From Lama guanicoe (lineage: Eukaryota), in NCBI GenBank assembly GCA_013239625.1, contig MU053379.1, positions 2,028,866-2,092,865 on the forward strand: DNA of 64,000 nucleotides, written 5' to 3'. The notes under the pieces are model-generated. The model had not been told where the DNA came from. It did no database searches and worked only from the letters and a program-made list of their open reading frames with translations. Position 1 is the stretch's first letter, and the number at the start of each line of letters is the position of its first letter. Positions 37,640-49,455 of this stretch are shown one piece after another. The translations under genes were made by a program, and so were the position numbers.

Positions 37640-38160
37640 TTCTGGTTATTTATTGCTCTGAAACATTCTCCAGATGTAGTGACGCGCCCAGTAACCACTT
37701 TCTGATGCTCTGGGGTTCCGTGGGTCAGCCGTTCAGAAAGGACGTGGAGGGAGTGCTGGACCACAGGATGCGGGCCAGGGATGGGACGGTCGGGCGGCTG
37801 GTGGTGACGGTGATGGCTGGGCTGCAGCCGCTTCTGCTGGAGGGCCCCTCCAAGAGGGCACGTCCACTCCCACGTCTGGTGTCTGGGCTGGGGTGGCCAA
37901 GGGACTAGCCCAGCTGAGACTGTTGACCAGAGCACCTCCGGGTGGCCTCCCCCACCTCGCTCCACGTGGCAGCCTGGGGCTTGGAGAGCAAGGGTTACGG
38001 TGAATAAGAGGAGGCAAGGGTTACGGTGAATAAGAGGAGGCCTGTGGCCGTTAACGCCCTGACTAGGGAGCCACACACATCATTTCCACCAGACTCCACT
38101 GTGGTCACAAGCCCACCGTGACTCAGGGGGCGGGGCAGAGACCCTCCTTTTCCATCTGCA
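37640..38160 (-). mobile_element. MaLR MLT1-type solo LTR
   Basis: ggttatttattgctctgaaacattctccagatgtagtg...ttccgtgggtcag...cagctgagactgttgaccagagcacct...catcatttccaccagactcc. Confidence 0.7.
37988..38039. repeat. Perfect 26-bp tandem duplication within the MLT1 LTR
   Basis: GCAAGGGTTACGGTGAATAAGAGGAG x2. Confidence 0.95.
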
Positions 38161-41100
38161 CCGGAGTAGGTCGCCTGGGCTCTGGAGTCAGACCAGACAC
38201 AGGCTGGAGCCCAGTTCTCCGGCCCTTGCTTGTGTGTGGCTTCTGGCAAGGTATTTGACCTCGGGGCCTATAAGCTGCTCTAAGCGGGACTCCCTTCCTG
38301 CTGAAAGCAGTCAGCCCTTCCCAGCTTTCCCCGCTCACCCCAACCCCTCAAACCCTCCCCTTAAGGAAAAACGGCAGGAGGAGACCCTTGCAGCCAAGAC
38401 GTTCTCTAAAAGGACCAAATGGCAAAGCAGGCTCTGCACCCCTCCTGCCCTGCAGGAGAGCCGCACACACAGAGCAGTTACTGTGGACGCCAGCTGCCCG
38501 CCTCGGCCCCGGGGAGGCTTCCCTGCTGCGGGGTGAGGAGATCCAGACCCCTTGTCGGACCCAGAGTCCCCCGCAGCCGTCGGCACGCTGGCGCCTGGCC
38601 GTCTGAGGCAGGAGGGACCCACTCTCAGCCCAAACCGCACGGGCCTCCTCCCCGCACCCGCACCCGCCCCCCACCCCGCGGGCCCTCCGGAGGCGGCTGA
38701 AGGCAGAGGAGGGCGCGTGTGCCTGGCTCTTGGCACACGGGGGTCCCGCCAGGCCCTGCTGTCTGGGGCAGGGCACGCCCAGGCGGGGATGAAGGAAAAG
38801 TAGACAAAAAAGTTTCATTTCCCCCTCTGCCTAAAAGTGCTTTTCCCCTACTTGCTTAAAAGAGTGTACGCAGCCTGCGGCGTCACCCTCTGTCATCACT
38901 GGGGTCGAAGACCACAGTCCACCCCGCCCAGGGCCCCGCCTCGTAGAAACCCCAGGACAAGGAGCCGAGGGGCCGAGGGCAGGGTCCACCCCTTCAAGAC
39001 CACGCTCCAGGCACGCAAACTTCAGAATTCTCCACCCACACAGGCCTCCTCCCCGCATCCGCCTCTTAGAGGGATGCAGGCAGAGAAGCCTGACCTGCTT
39101 CCTGGGGCATCCACGTGCGGGCAGGCGGTGCGGGGTGGACCAGGCTCGGGCGAGGAGGGGCAGAGCATGTCAGAGCGGGTCAACGAGCAGGTCTGTGTCA
39201 TCCTACCCCCCAGGGTATAAGCCCCTCCTGAGAAGCCCCTGCGCGGTGTCTGGTGCACCGAACAACAAAAGCTGCCCAGCACTGGATGAGGGGGTTTTCG
39301 CCCCCTCCACCCACCGCCATGCCCAGCACGTGTCGGATGCAGGAACTGTTGGAGGGAAGAAGCAATGTTGCCAGGGCTAACCCGAGGCCTTTCTGGGGCC
39401 AGCAAGAAACGGATAAATGCCTGCGTCAAAGCCACAGGAGCGCCCTACAGATTTCCCTTCTGGAAAGCATCTCTGAGCCCCTGCCATGTGGCCGTGCCGG
39501 CCCTTCCCCAGACACAGCTCATCCTGCGGGAGCCCACTGTGTCACGGGCAGGCCCACCTCTGGACTGCTCCTGCCCCGTGTGAGTGCGGCCGTGGTCCCC
39601 GCCGCGTGCTGTGGGAGCTCAGGGAAGGCTCCATCCGTCTGGGGTGGTGTTGGGGGCAGTGGACTGGGTTTGAAGGCTGGCACTTTCCAGAGGAGAAGGG
39701 AGGAAAGGAACTCCAGGCAGGAACGGGCAGCCGGCGACCAGAGATGGAGCCGTTCCGGAGTCCCGGGGGTCTGGAGTGAGTGGGAGCCGTGGACGGGAGG
39801 GTGGGAGGCACCATGTGGTGACCTGGGAGTGCTGGGAAGCCAGAGGGTTGTGAGGGTCACCAGAGGTGGCTGTCTGCCCCAGGCCAGCTCTGTCCCCTGG
39901 GGTGCTCCCTTGCTTGTATCTCCACCTTCACTGCAGCCCAGTGTCCAGTGCCTGTTTCAGGGACTCATGAATGAAAAGGAGGTGGGCTCTGCACAGGGTG
40001 GCGTGTTTGGGAAGCAGAGGTCTCATGCTGGGCCGTCCCCCGAGGGCTCGTGCACACGGAGGTGCTCCGGGAATGGCAGCCGCACCCTGGATGTCGGGCC
40101 CTGCAGTACCCCCAAGTGCTGATGCCCGGGGCTGGGTCCCGAGGTCGGCGGTCCTGTCCACGTCTCTCTCCTCCACCGCCCAGGAAGTTTTCCTGCTGCT
40201 CTAGGAACTGGGGAAACCAGTCTGTGAGCCTGCATCCAAAGTCTCCCGTATTCCCAGATCAGCTTTTTAAACGCAGGAATTCGCTCATTTCTGTCTCGTG
40301 AGTCCATGAAGACCTCCGTGCCCCCCAAAGCTGCAGAGGAGACCAGCTGGCTTTGGAGGAAGGGCCCTGGGACAGACGTGGTGATGTGGGATTCAGGTTC
40401 AAGGGGAAGGGGAGCCTCTTCAAATACCCTCCTCCCTCTGGAACTGTGGTTTTTCTAGGTTCTTTCCTTGATGTGGGGGTGTTCCCAGCCTCGTAGACGG
40501 CCTCCCAGCTTAGACGACCTGGCTGTCTCCATCCCCTCTGCACAGAATCCCTGCCCCCAGGCTGGCCCTGGCTCTCCCTGGGGTCCTTTGTGCACCTGCT
40601 GTGTTCACCCCCGACCCACAGTGTTCACTCCTCCTGGATTCACAGCCCCCGGAGTTCTCGTGTTTTTCCTGCCTGAGTCACCGTTGGCCTGTGGGTTGAC
40701 CTCCCCTTGGTCAGGTCTTCATCAGTCAGGGTGACTGAAGCACAGGAGGGCCGGGCAGATCTTGGAGTCTTGGTTTTGCAACCTTGAACCCCAACTTCAA
40801 CCCAGCCCTCCACCCAGAGCGCAATGACGGCTAACCTGGACGCGTTCCTGAGGAAGCTGGGGGAGGGGCTCTCTGGAAGGGGCCTCTCTGGGTGAGGTCA
40901 TTTCCTTGGAGGCTGGGCTGCTCCGTGTTATCTGTGTAATTGTAACATCAGGAGAAACGGCTTCCCTGGATGTGCGCCCCTCCCTGCGGCCCAGGCTGCT
41001 TTTGTTAAGAGCCAACGAATAAACTCATTGATGCACTAGCCAGTTCTCAGGGGATGGAGGGGCCCGGGTACCAGCAGGAGGTGGGAGGGGGCCCTACCTG

Positions 41101-41229
41101 CTCCCCACTTTCCACACTTGGAGAGGCAGCTTACACAGCAAAGCCCCACTTCAGCCTCAAGGGCTATTTTTGTCTCTCAAGGCCATCCTTTTGCTTTTTG
41201 GCTCTGAGGCTCCAGTTTGCTTTCGTAGA

Positions 41230-41420
41230 ACTGGGCTCTAATAGGACTCCTTGTGCTGGTGGAGAGGTCCTCTCCCCACACTGTCCAACGCGGGGGCTGC
41301 TGGCCACGTGTGGCCGCTGAGCATGAAGTGTGCGTAGTCTGCCTGAGGAACTGATTTTGAATTTTATGTTATTTCAATTGATATTAACTTAAATAGCCGT
41401 AAGTGGTAAGGGGTTCCCCT
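41230..41420 (+). mobile_element. MER3-like hAT-Charlie non-autonomous DNA transposon
   Basis: ctgtccaac...ggccacgtgtggccgctgagca...ctgaggaactgattttgaattttatgttatttcaattgatattaacttaaatagccg matches the recalled MER3 layout. Confidence 0.8.
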
Positions 41421-42429
41421 CGAAGGCCTGGGGATGAATTCGTATTCAGCATCATCCCTCCCTTTGCTTATCTGTCAACACAAAATAACGAAGCAGAGAT
41501 GGTCAAAGAGAGACTTTGGGTGCAGGCTCAGTTTTCCCAGTTCCTAGACCAGATGTAAAGGTCACCAGGAAGGAGGTGCTGCTCTTTACTCTGTCCTCGG
41601 AAGGGACGGCCTGGGTTTAGCAATTCCAACAAGCAGGATGCAGAGAAGGCACTGCCAGGATGCTGGGCCACCAGGATGGGTGGTTTGGTGAGGAAGAAAG
41701 GCACCCAGATTAGGAGTGAGAAACCTTGTATGTCACCAACACACTCGGTGCTTAGAGACAAGCCACAGGACTTCTCCTGGTCTCAGTCCCCACGTCTGTA
41801 AAGTGGGAGCACAGAGCAGATGCTCAGAAGTGTTAGATTTTTATTTTTTTCAGTCCTCCTCTCCCAACCCCACATCCCTCTAAGGGCAGCTCACCTGCGT
41901 TAACTCATCACAGAGGACCTCCTGCCACAGGACCGGAGTCAGATCCATTCAGAGGCAGCCCCGTCCTCGTGAGCAGCAGGACAGGGGGGTCCCCGAGGCC
42001 TCCCTGTAGCTGGCCTTTCCACCACGCCCAGGGCTCTGGGACAGGGGCTGCCGCAGGGCTGTGGACGTTCAAGGGGATCTGCCTCATCCGGTCCGCGAGG
42101 TCCTGGCAGCTTGCCGGGCAGACGTGTTTAGTTGAGGGATTTCACCCTGGAAGAGAAAAATGATTAGAAGGGCTTGTGGAATTTCCTGTTTACTCTGGGA
42201 AAGTGCTGAGCATGTCCTTAATTTTTCAGTGTCAACACAGAGCGAAAACTGGTGTCCTGAGGGGATTAGCACAGAGAGAGTAAATTAGGTCTCGGTGGAT
42301 CTTAAGTTCCTCCCTCCCCTCCTTGCATGAGACTTAGTGCCGACGGCCCAGGTCTAACCATTAGGCCTGCTGGGCTGCTCCCAGGCTGGCTGGAGAGCTG
42401 ATTCTCTGGGGCCCTGAGGCGGATATAAA

Positions 42430-42660
42430 GCACAGTGGTTCCCAGCATGTACTTTGAAACCCACCTTCACGTCTGTCCTGGCTTTTCCGCTGATTAGCTC
42501 GGTAGCCGTGGGCAAGCTGGTTTGCCCTGCCAAGCCTCAGTTTCCCCATCTCTCTGGAGGTGAATACAGCACCCACCTCATCCGGTTGCTCTGAGGAACG
42601 CATGAAGGCTGGCGTGCAGAGCTCTTGGCAGAGTGTCTGATGCTCCATAGATAACACGCC
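42430..42660 (+). mobile_element. Near full-length MIR
   Basis: cacagtggttcccagcatgtactttgaa...gggcaagctggtttgccctgccaagcctcagtttccccatct...cacccacctcatccggttgctctgagga. Confidence 0.8.
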
Positions 42661-42759
42661 CCGATTCCCACTTTGTAGACACAGACTGTGTGTGTCTGCC
42701 TGATGCCCAGCATCCAGCCCCGTGACTCTGGGCTTTTTCTGGTCTCCAGAGTCCATTCT

Positions 42760-43110
42760 GCCAGAATGCAGGGCAGCTCAGAAGCGCCAGGAAACCACCA
42801 GCCTCCAGAAGCAGCCCTTAGACAGAGAGGGGTTGGGGGATAAACACCTCAGCTCCCTCGTGCCTCGGGTGTGCTCACAGGTCCCGCCGTATCTCCTGGG
42901 GTGGCCTGCACAGGAATAAGCTCTAGGCGCCCATCCAGCACCTCCCTGGGTAACACACCTTGGTTGGCTGCCCGTCCTTCCTCGGCTCATTTTCCTGCTC
43001 TTCCAGAGGGGTGGGGACACTTCCCAGGGTCCCCCCTCCCAATTAAAAGACTTGCATTGGAACCCTGGGTTCCAGCTCTGCTTCTGAGGCACAGGCTGAA
43101 TAGATAACAT
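42760..43110 (+). mobile_element. ERVL LTR33/LTR16-like solo LTR
   Basis: ggataaacacctcagctccctc...cctcccaattaaaagacttgcattggaaccctgggttccagctctgcttctgagg. Same family as 27827-28270, opposite orientation. Confidence 0.7.
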
Positions 43111-44914
43111 GACTATTATCAATCTGCAAGGCAGGTTCCTCTCTCAGAGGCATGAGGCTGCAGCAGGTGCTCGATTCTGAGACTCCAGCCCCTTCTGGTC
43201 AGACACAGACCAACATGCGACACGAGTTGACCTGCTGTCTCTGGTTCATGTGCGGTCCCAGAAAGCAGCCTGGGGAATGAGCTTTGGGGCAGACAGTGTC
43301 AGATTCGGTCTTACGAGGACCCCCCAGATGGTGATGGGAGAGAGAGAGAGCACGCACACTGTTTAAACGCCCACTGTTTACTCGTGGGGACCGGTCACCT
43401 GTAGCCTACTGTACGTTCCTACTCATCTTATTTACCTAATTTATCACTCAGTCCGCTCATCCCTACTTGATGTCTTCTGTCTTCATTTGTTTTCTTACAT
43501 AGAAAACAAACATAATTTGCGTGTTCCTCTGGGACGCCGTTGCCGGCAGTCACGGCCTGTCTGCGGTAGCTCTGCACGCACTGCGGTTTTGTAGGATGTT
43601 TTCCTCTGAAGAGCAGAAGTGCAGAAGCTAAGGATGAAATGCGGCGCTGCTGCTGGGTTTTGCCGTGCGTCCTGGCTTGAAGAACTACTCCTTTTCAGCA
43701 AATGCTCCGCAAATCGACCTGGATAAAGTAGTCCATCACGGGCTGTAACGTAGCAGAAAGCACTCCGGGTACTCAGGGTTGGTTCTCGGTGCTTCTGCTC
43801 TTTGTCCAGACTTTCATGCCGATTCCGTTCTCTGGAGAAACGCGGCATAAAGCCGCTGCTTCCCGTGCCTCCGGACGTCAGAATGAGTGCTGTCCAGCGG
43901 GGCCTTCGGCTCTGGTTCCCTCTGTCCCCGCCCCCGCCCCAGCCTGCCTGCCCCTGCTGTTACATAGGGGGTTTAAGTTTAACCAAAAACCTGCCTGAAA
44001 GTCCAGAAGCTTCTGCACCCCAGGGACCCCGATCTGCAGCCTGTTGTGAGGGCCATTTCCCCCTCGAAGGACCTGCTCCAGAAGAGCTCCTGTGGCCGAG
44101 ACCCTTGTCCCGGGCAGGGCTTCGCTGGGGGATGGTCCCACCCTGGGGACTGAGGCCACGAGAGAAGGCAGCACGAGGGTGTGTGCTCAAGCCAGCTACC
44201 CCACGGCAGGTGGCTGGAGATCACCGCTCTGGGGCCCCGCAGCGGGGGGGAAACACGAGCCTCGGCGATCCCGGCCACGCTATTTGTCCCCCGCCTCCTG
44301 CCGCGGGCTGGGCTGCGCTCCCAGGGCAGACGAGCTGCTCCAGACAGATGGGCGTTGTCAGGTGGGGTCTCAGGTACGTGAGTGCCCGGGTGCGGGCGAC
44401 ACTGTCTGCTGTGACACGGACCAGCCATGGCCACCAGGTGGGAGCCGACAGGCGCCTGTGCCCACGCCTTGAGCTCACCCCGAAGACTTCCCCCAGCTCC
44501 ACCCTCCACGGGCTGGATGCCTGAGGCTGAGAGTCAGATGCCAGCAAGGTGGGCTCCCCTGCTGGGACCTCCTGATCTCCTGAAACCAACATGGGGGAGG
44601 GGAGCGGGGAGGGGGGGAAAGGTGTCTCCCTCACGGAGTGAGCTGTGGGGCCTCTGCGTGCAGCTGCCCAGGCCCGACACCCGCGTCGCCCCTCAGGTGC
44701 CGGGCCGTCCCCGCGCCCCCTCCCCAGACCGCTTTTCTTTCTCTCCAGCCCACACGTTTCCCGTCCTGCCCCAGAGCCAGGAATAGCAAGGTCTGCTCTT
44801 GCCCCGAGCTTTTATTTTCTTTGGTGCATTCCCTCCAGCGCCGCGTCTGCCTTTGAACTTCACTTGTCCTGTTCTACGGTTTCTCGGGATTAGCGTGAAG
44901 CCTGGACGCTGCCA

Positions 44915-45040
44915 CATGCTGCCTGGGGCCTCAGTTTCCCTGTCTGTGTCTGTACCTCACAGGAAGCCCTGCTGTGGGTTAGGAGAAGGCATGGAGTGTG
45001 TTTAGTCCAGCGCTCGGCACGTGACAGGCATGAGGAAGGT
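44915..45040 (+). mobile_element. MIR fragment
   Basis: ctggggcctcagtttccctgtctgt...tacctcacagga...gctgtgggttagga. Confidence 0.55.
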
Positions 45041-45167
45041 GAACTCTTGTATTCTTTTCATTGTTCTGCCCGGGATCCGTCTGTGGTCGGCTCTTGCCCA
45101 GACAGGGACCATCAGAACAAACTTCCCAGCTTCCTGCTGTTCCCTTCCAATCAAGAGTGAGCCCTGC

Positions 45168-45538
45168 AATTATCAGAGAAATGCAAACCAAAACTACAGT
45201 GAGGTGCCACCTCACACCAGTCAGAATGGCCATCAGTCAAAGGTCCACAAATGACAAATGCTGGAGAGGCTGTGGAGAAAGGGGAACCCTCCTTCACTGC
45301 TGGTGGGGATGCAGTTTGGTGCAGCTACTGTGGAAAACAGTATGGAGAGTCCTCAAAAGACTAAAAATAGACTTACCATATGATCCAGCAGTCCCATTCC
45401 TGGGCATATATCTGCAGGGAACTCTAATTCAAAAAGATACATGCACCCCAATGTTCACAGTAGAACTGTATACAACAGCCAAGACATGGAAGCAACCTAA
45501 GTGTCCATCGACAGATGACTGGACAAAGAAGATGTAGT

Positions 45539-45571
<33 letters not shown>

Positions 45572-46030
45572 GGAATATTACTCAGCCATAAAAAGAATGA
45601 AACAATGCCATTTGCAGCAAGATGGATGGATCTGGAGATTACCATTCTAAGTGAAGTAAGTCAGAAAGAGAAAGAAATATACCATATGATATTGCTTATA
45701 TGTGGAATATAAAAAAAAAAAGACATCAATGAACTTATTTACAAAACAGAAACAGACTCACAGACATAGAAAACAAATTTGTGGTTACCGGAGGGGAAAG
45801 GGGGTAGGAAGGGATAAGTTGGGAGTTCAAGATTTGTAGATACTAAGTACCATAAATAAAACAGACAAACAGCAAGTTTCTTCTGTACAGCACAGGGAAC
45901 TGTATTCAGTATCTTATAGTAACTTATAATGAAAAAGAATATGAAAAGGAGTATATGTGTGTGTATGTATGACTGAGACATGATGCTGTGCACCAGAAAT
46001 TGACACGACATTGTAAACTGTCTAGACTTC
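45168..46030 (+). mobile_element. 5'-truncated L1: ORF2 Cys-rich C-terminus and 3' UTR, no A-tail
   Basis: Open remnant [22 protein letters not shown]...[52 protein letters not shown]...[12 protein letters not shown], the classic L1 ORF2p C-terminus. Confidence 0.97.
45541..45568. repeat. (AC)14 microsatellite inside L1
   Basis: Read directly from the sequence. Confidence 0.95.
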
Positions 46031-47240
46031 TGTTTCTCAGATCAGCGTTAGGGAGCGGGGACCACTCTTTAGCTGGGCTGTTTGTTGAAGGCGCCGTGTG
46101 GGAGGAAGTGAATGCATGAAGCGCCCTTGATACCCTGGCTGTTGAGTGTAGGGCCTGCCCACTGCACCAGTGGGTAAGAGTAAAGCAAGGAAGACAACGT
46201 GATGCTCCTTCAGGCTGGCGCCTCCATCCATCCCGCGCGTAACGAGACGGCCTCTGGGGGAGGGGCTTGCACCGAGAGACACGCACGGAGTTAAACACCC
46301 GATACCCCGGCATCCAAGGCAGGGGAGAACAGGTTACAGCGAAAGCACAGAGGCCGCCTGCTCCTGTTACATGCCTTGGCTCTCTCCACAGTGTTGTGCG
46401 GCCCAAGTCGCTCAGGCTTTGCCAAGATCTGGTGACGGCAGGGACCCTCCCCTGCGGAGATGTGTCAGTTTCACAATTTCACAATGACTCAGAGCTCTTT
46501 CTGAACATTTGCATCCGAGACAGAGCATCTAAACAAACATCTTGGTGAATGACCGTGACAGTGTTCTCTGACCCTATTAAGTGAAATTCTTTCCCCGAAG
46601 TGTTGGCCTCTATCTACTGAGGTATGATTTCAGCAGCCAAAGTCAGTGCCCACATATGGAAGGCACTTGGAGGTGTAATCAGTTAAGGAACGGGCAGCGG
46701 TGGGGTTTGGGGTGTACCTTTGGTTAAGCCTATTCAGCCTGGGAGGCCACCTGTGAGAAAGGAGCCAGGCCTGTTTGTCCCAGACGCCAGGACTCCACTA
46801 CATCGCCCCCACCCTTTCCCTGAGATCCAGAGGCCTTCTCGCCCTCTTCAGAGGCTCCTGAAGGTTTTCCAGAACCATCCCCACGGCTGGTGGTCTCTTG
46901 TTCTCACACTGTAAGAAACTGCAGGGACCCGCAGAGACATGCCCCCCTTCACATGCACCTCAAGGACTCTCGCCCTTTCAGTGCACACCTCCTCTTTCAT
47001 TGGGGAATTTGGAACCAGTTCCCAAGGAGCTGGTTTAGAGGATGTTTGGAAAAAACCGTCAACCACCAGCCCTTCCACTCGCTGTAATCGGAGCCCAGGG
47101 TGCCGCCCGCCTACCCAACTCCTAGCCCAAGGTGTGTGTCCTTGAGTCCCGGCAACACCCCTGATGCTCTCTTTTGAGAGTTCCTAAGGCTCTCTTCACT
47201 CTTCTCCCAAGAGTACTAGGAGCCATTTGCAAATACATTT

Positions 47241-47424
47241 TTTTAATTGAAGTATAGTCAGTGTACAATGTTGTGTTAATTTCTAGGGCGCAGCACAGAG
47301 GTTCATTTACACACGCATATATGTCCCTTTTCATGTTCTTTTCCATTACAGGCTGTTACAAGGTACTGAATATACTTCTCTGTGCTGCACAGGAGGACTT
47401 TGTTGTTGATTTTACGTATAGTAG
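47241..47424 (-). mobile_element. Short L1 3'-UTR insertion with TSD
   Basis: ttttaattgaagtatagtcagtgtacaatgttgtg... flanked by TGCAAATACATTT (47228-47240) and TGCAAATACGTTT (47425-47437). Confidence 0.93.
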
Positions 47425-48229
47425 TGCAAATACGTTTCTTGATGAAGTGCCCTTTCACTTAGAAATCAAGAAGCGAGATTGCAGATTAGGTCCAGATGTG
47501 GCCCTCATCCCTGGACCTTGAGTGGGGATGTGCTTCCTGGATTCTCATGCTGTGTCCTCAGGATCCTGCAGGCTTCCCGCTCCTCGCCCAGGAGTGGATT
47601 CCAAAGGTAATCCTGGAATTTGTCTTGTCAGCTATTTCATTAGTGCTCTGATGGTTCTCATTTCATGTTCAAAGGTAGAAGCCTGCGGATCTGTTTTCCT
47701 CCCCCTCTTGAACTTGTTACAACTGTCTCCTCCTCCGCGCTCTGGACTACAGGGATTAAGGCAGACGCGGATGTTTGGCAGTTAGCGTAATGCTTTCCGG
47801 CCTCTGAAGCAGTGACGGAACCAGCAGTTTTGGCTCTTGCCGGGTCCTCTCATCCTCTCCTGGACGCAGGCCCGGCTTCGTTTGACTTCATTGCCTTTTT
47901 GTTTTGCGGAGTCGGCTTGAGGCGAGGCCCAGGGTTGTCCTCTGCAGAAGGCGGGTCCCGGAGGGCAGTTCTGTCTCCACGCTCACGTGCACCTCTGGAC
48001 GCACACGTGTATGCGTATCTGTGGATGCCATGACCCTCTTTTAAAAGACAGTAGCCAATCAATTTTAACATATGAGGCACAACTACTTAAAGTGGGATTC
48101 TGGATAGATAAAGGTGTGTGTATGCATGTGTGGAATATCTCCCTTGGCAACTCAGGACTCCGCTGAAGAGGGAGCATGGGTTAACATGGTGTCAGAATTT
48201 AGTTTGAAATGGAGCTATGAATTTTAAAC

Positions 48230-48670
48230 AGACAGCAACCTTTCATTCTTCCCTGCAAACCCGCTTGTCCCTTATATTGGCCATCTCAGAAACTGAGTTG
48301 CTCAGGCGGCGTCTCAGGAGTCAGCCTTGATTTCTTTCCCTCCCTTCTGTAAGTCCTGACCATTCCTCCCCCAACCTGTCCCTATCCCATCTCCGCTGGC
48401 ACCACCATTATCCAGGCCACCATCATCCCTCCCCTGGACCAGGACTCCCCCGTCGTGTCCACATTCACGTGGTGGTCCAGACACACATGGGGGTCAGGGC
48501 TGTATGCTCTGCCAGCCTCTCCAAATCCTGTCCAACCACCCCCTACCCCCTGCCCCTGCCCACTCACCACACTTCCACCCCACAGACCTTCCTCCTGCTC
48601 CTCAAACATTTTAAGCTCGTGCCACCTTAGGTACCTGGGTGCAGCCCTTCCTTAGGGTTCACGCTGACCC
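48230..48670 (+). mobile_element. L2 fragment
   Basis: caggagtcagccttgatttctttccc...caccaccattatccaggccaccatcatccctcccctggac...ccttcctcctgctcctcaaaca. Confidence 0.75.
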
Positions 48671-49339
48671 TCTCTGCTGCTGTCCTGTGCAGTTTTCACA
48701 CGCGCTGCAGTTCTCACGTGTAAAGACTCACTGACAGCTGCCGCCTGAAAGTTTTGCTCCACTCTCCGCTGGTGGAAGAGCCAGATGTTTTCTCTACCAA
48801 AAATGGCAACAAGTGAATTCTCTTGTCTCTCTTCCTGTAGTAACTTTACAGGGCAGTTCAGAGAGGAATCTGTTCAAACTAGAAAGAGCTCAGTGTGACT
48901 AAAGAGATCATTTACCGTGTCAGCGCTTATGAAATTAGCTGGCCCTCGTGTAAAAAAAACTGTTGGAAAGGAAGAAAAAGCTCTTCTGTGAGTGTATCCG
49001 TCCATGTGGTTGCGTGATGGTGTTGTCATGGAGACACAGCACGGGAAGCGGGGGAAGGGGACTCCTGCACTGTGAGACATGGCAGAGACTTGGACTGTTC
49101 CCCGTTGTGAGATTTCGAATAACAAGGTACAAAGAAATCATAATCTCTGGGCATCAACAGCAAAGCTGCGTTGGTTTGAGTGTCTTCAAGTCGGTCGAGT
49201 GCCAGGGGTCTCTGTCGCTGAGGCGAACGGGCGGTGCCACCATTCACCAAAGGAGAGAGGGTGTGGCTGGGTGAGGATGTCAATATCTTAAGCGTGTTGA
49301 TTTCCAGGATGACTCAATGGCGGTGGGTCATCCTCTCCC

Positions 49340-49455
49340 AGAGATACGGCTGTCCAGCTCTATGACCTTGAGTAAGTAACTCACCCTTCTCGGAACTTGG
49401 CTTCTTCCCCTTTAAATGAGAAAGATGTTCTCAAGGTCCAGTCCAACTCCACCAT
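49340..49455 (+). mobile_element. MIR/MIR3 fragment
   Basis: gctctatgaccttgagtaagtaactcacccttctcggaacttggcttcttcccctttaaatgag. Confidence 0.65.

Noticed and set aside
19543..38039. Direct repeats of 20-32 bp as a CRISPR-like array
   Set aside because: Each is a two-copy, spacer-less tandem duplication of unrelated sequence in a mammalian intron.
39253..40122. Longest ORF (289 aa), and other long ORFs such as 43802-44524, 37393-38076 and 4829-5425
   Set aside because: Rich in Gly/Pro/Arg/Ala/Ser with no recognisable domain and overlapped by ORFs in several frames, as expected by chance in GC-rich DNA. 37393-38076 runs through an LTR relic.
43486..43510. 10-bp hairpin TTTGTTTTCT-tacat-AGAAAACAAA
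   Set aside because: Low-complexity AT-rich stem of a length expected by chance in 64 kb, with no supporting context.
45061..45537. 158-aa ORF with a Cys-rich motif as a host gene or active element
   Set aside because: It is the C-terminal remnant of L1 ORF2p in a 5'-truncated copy with a premature stop, with no endonuclease or RT domain.
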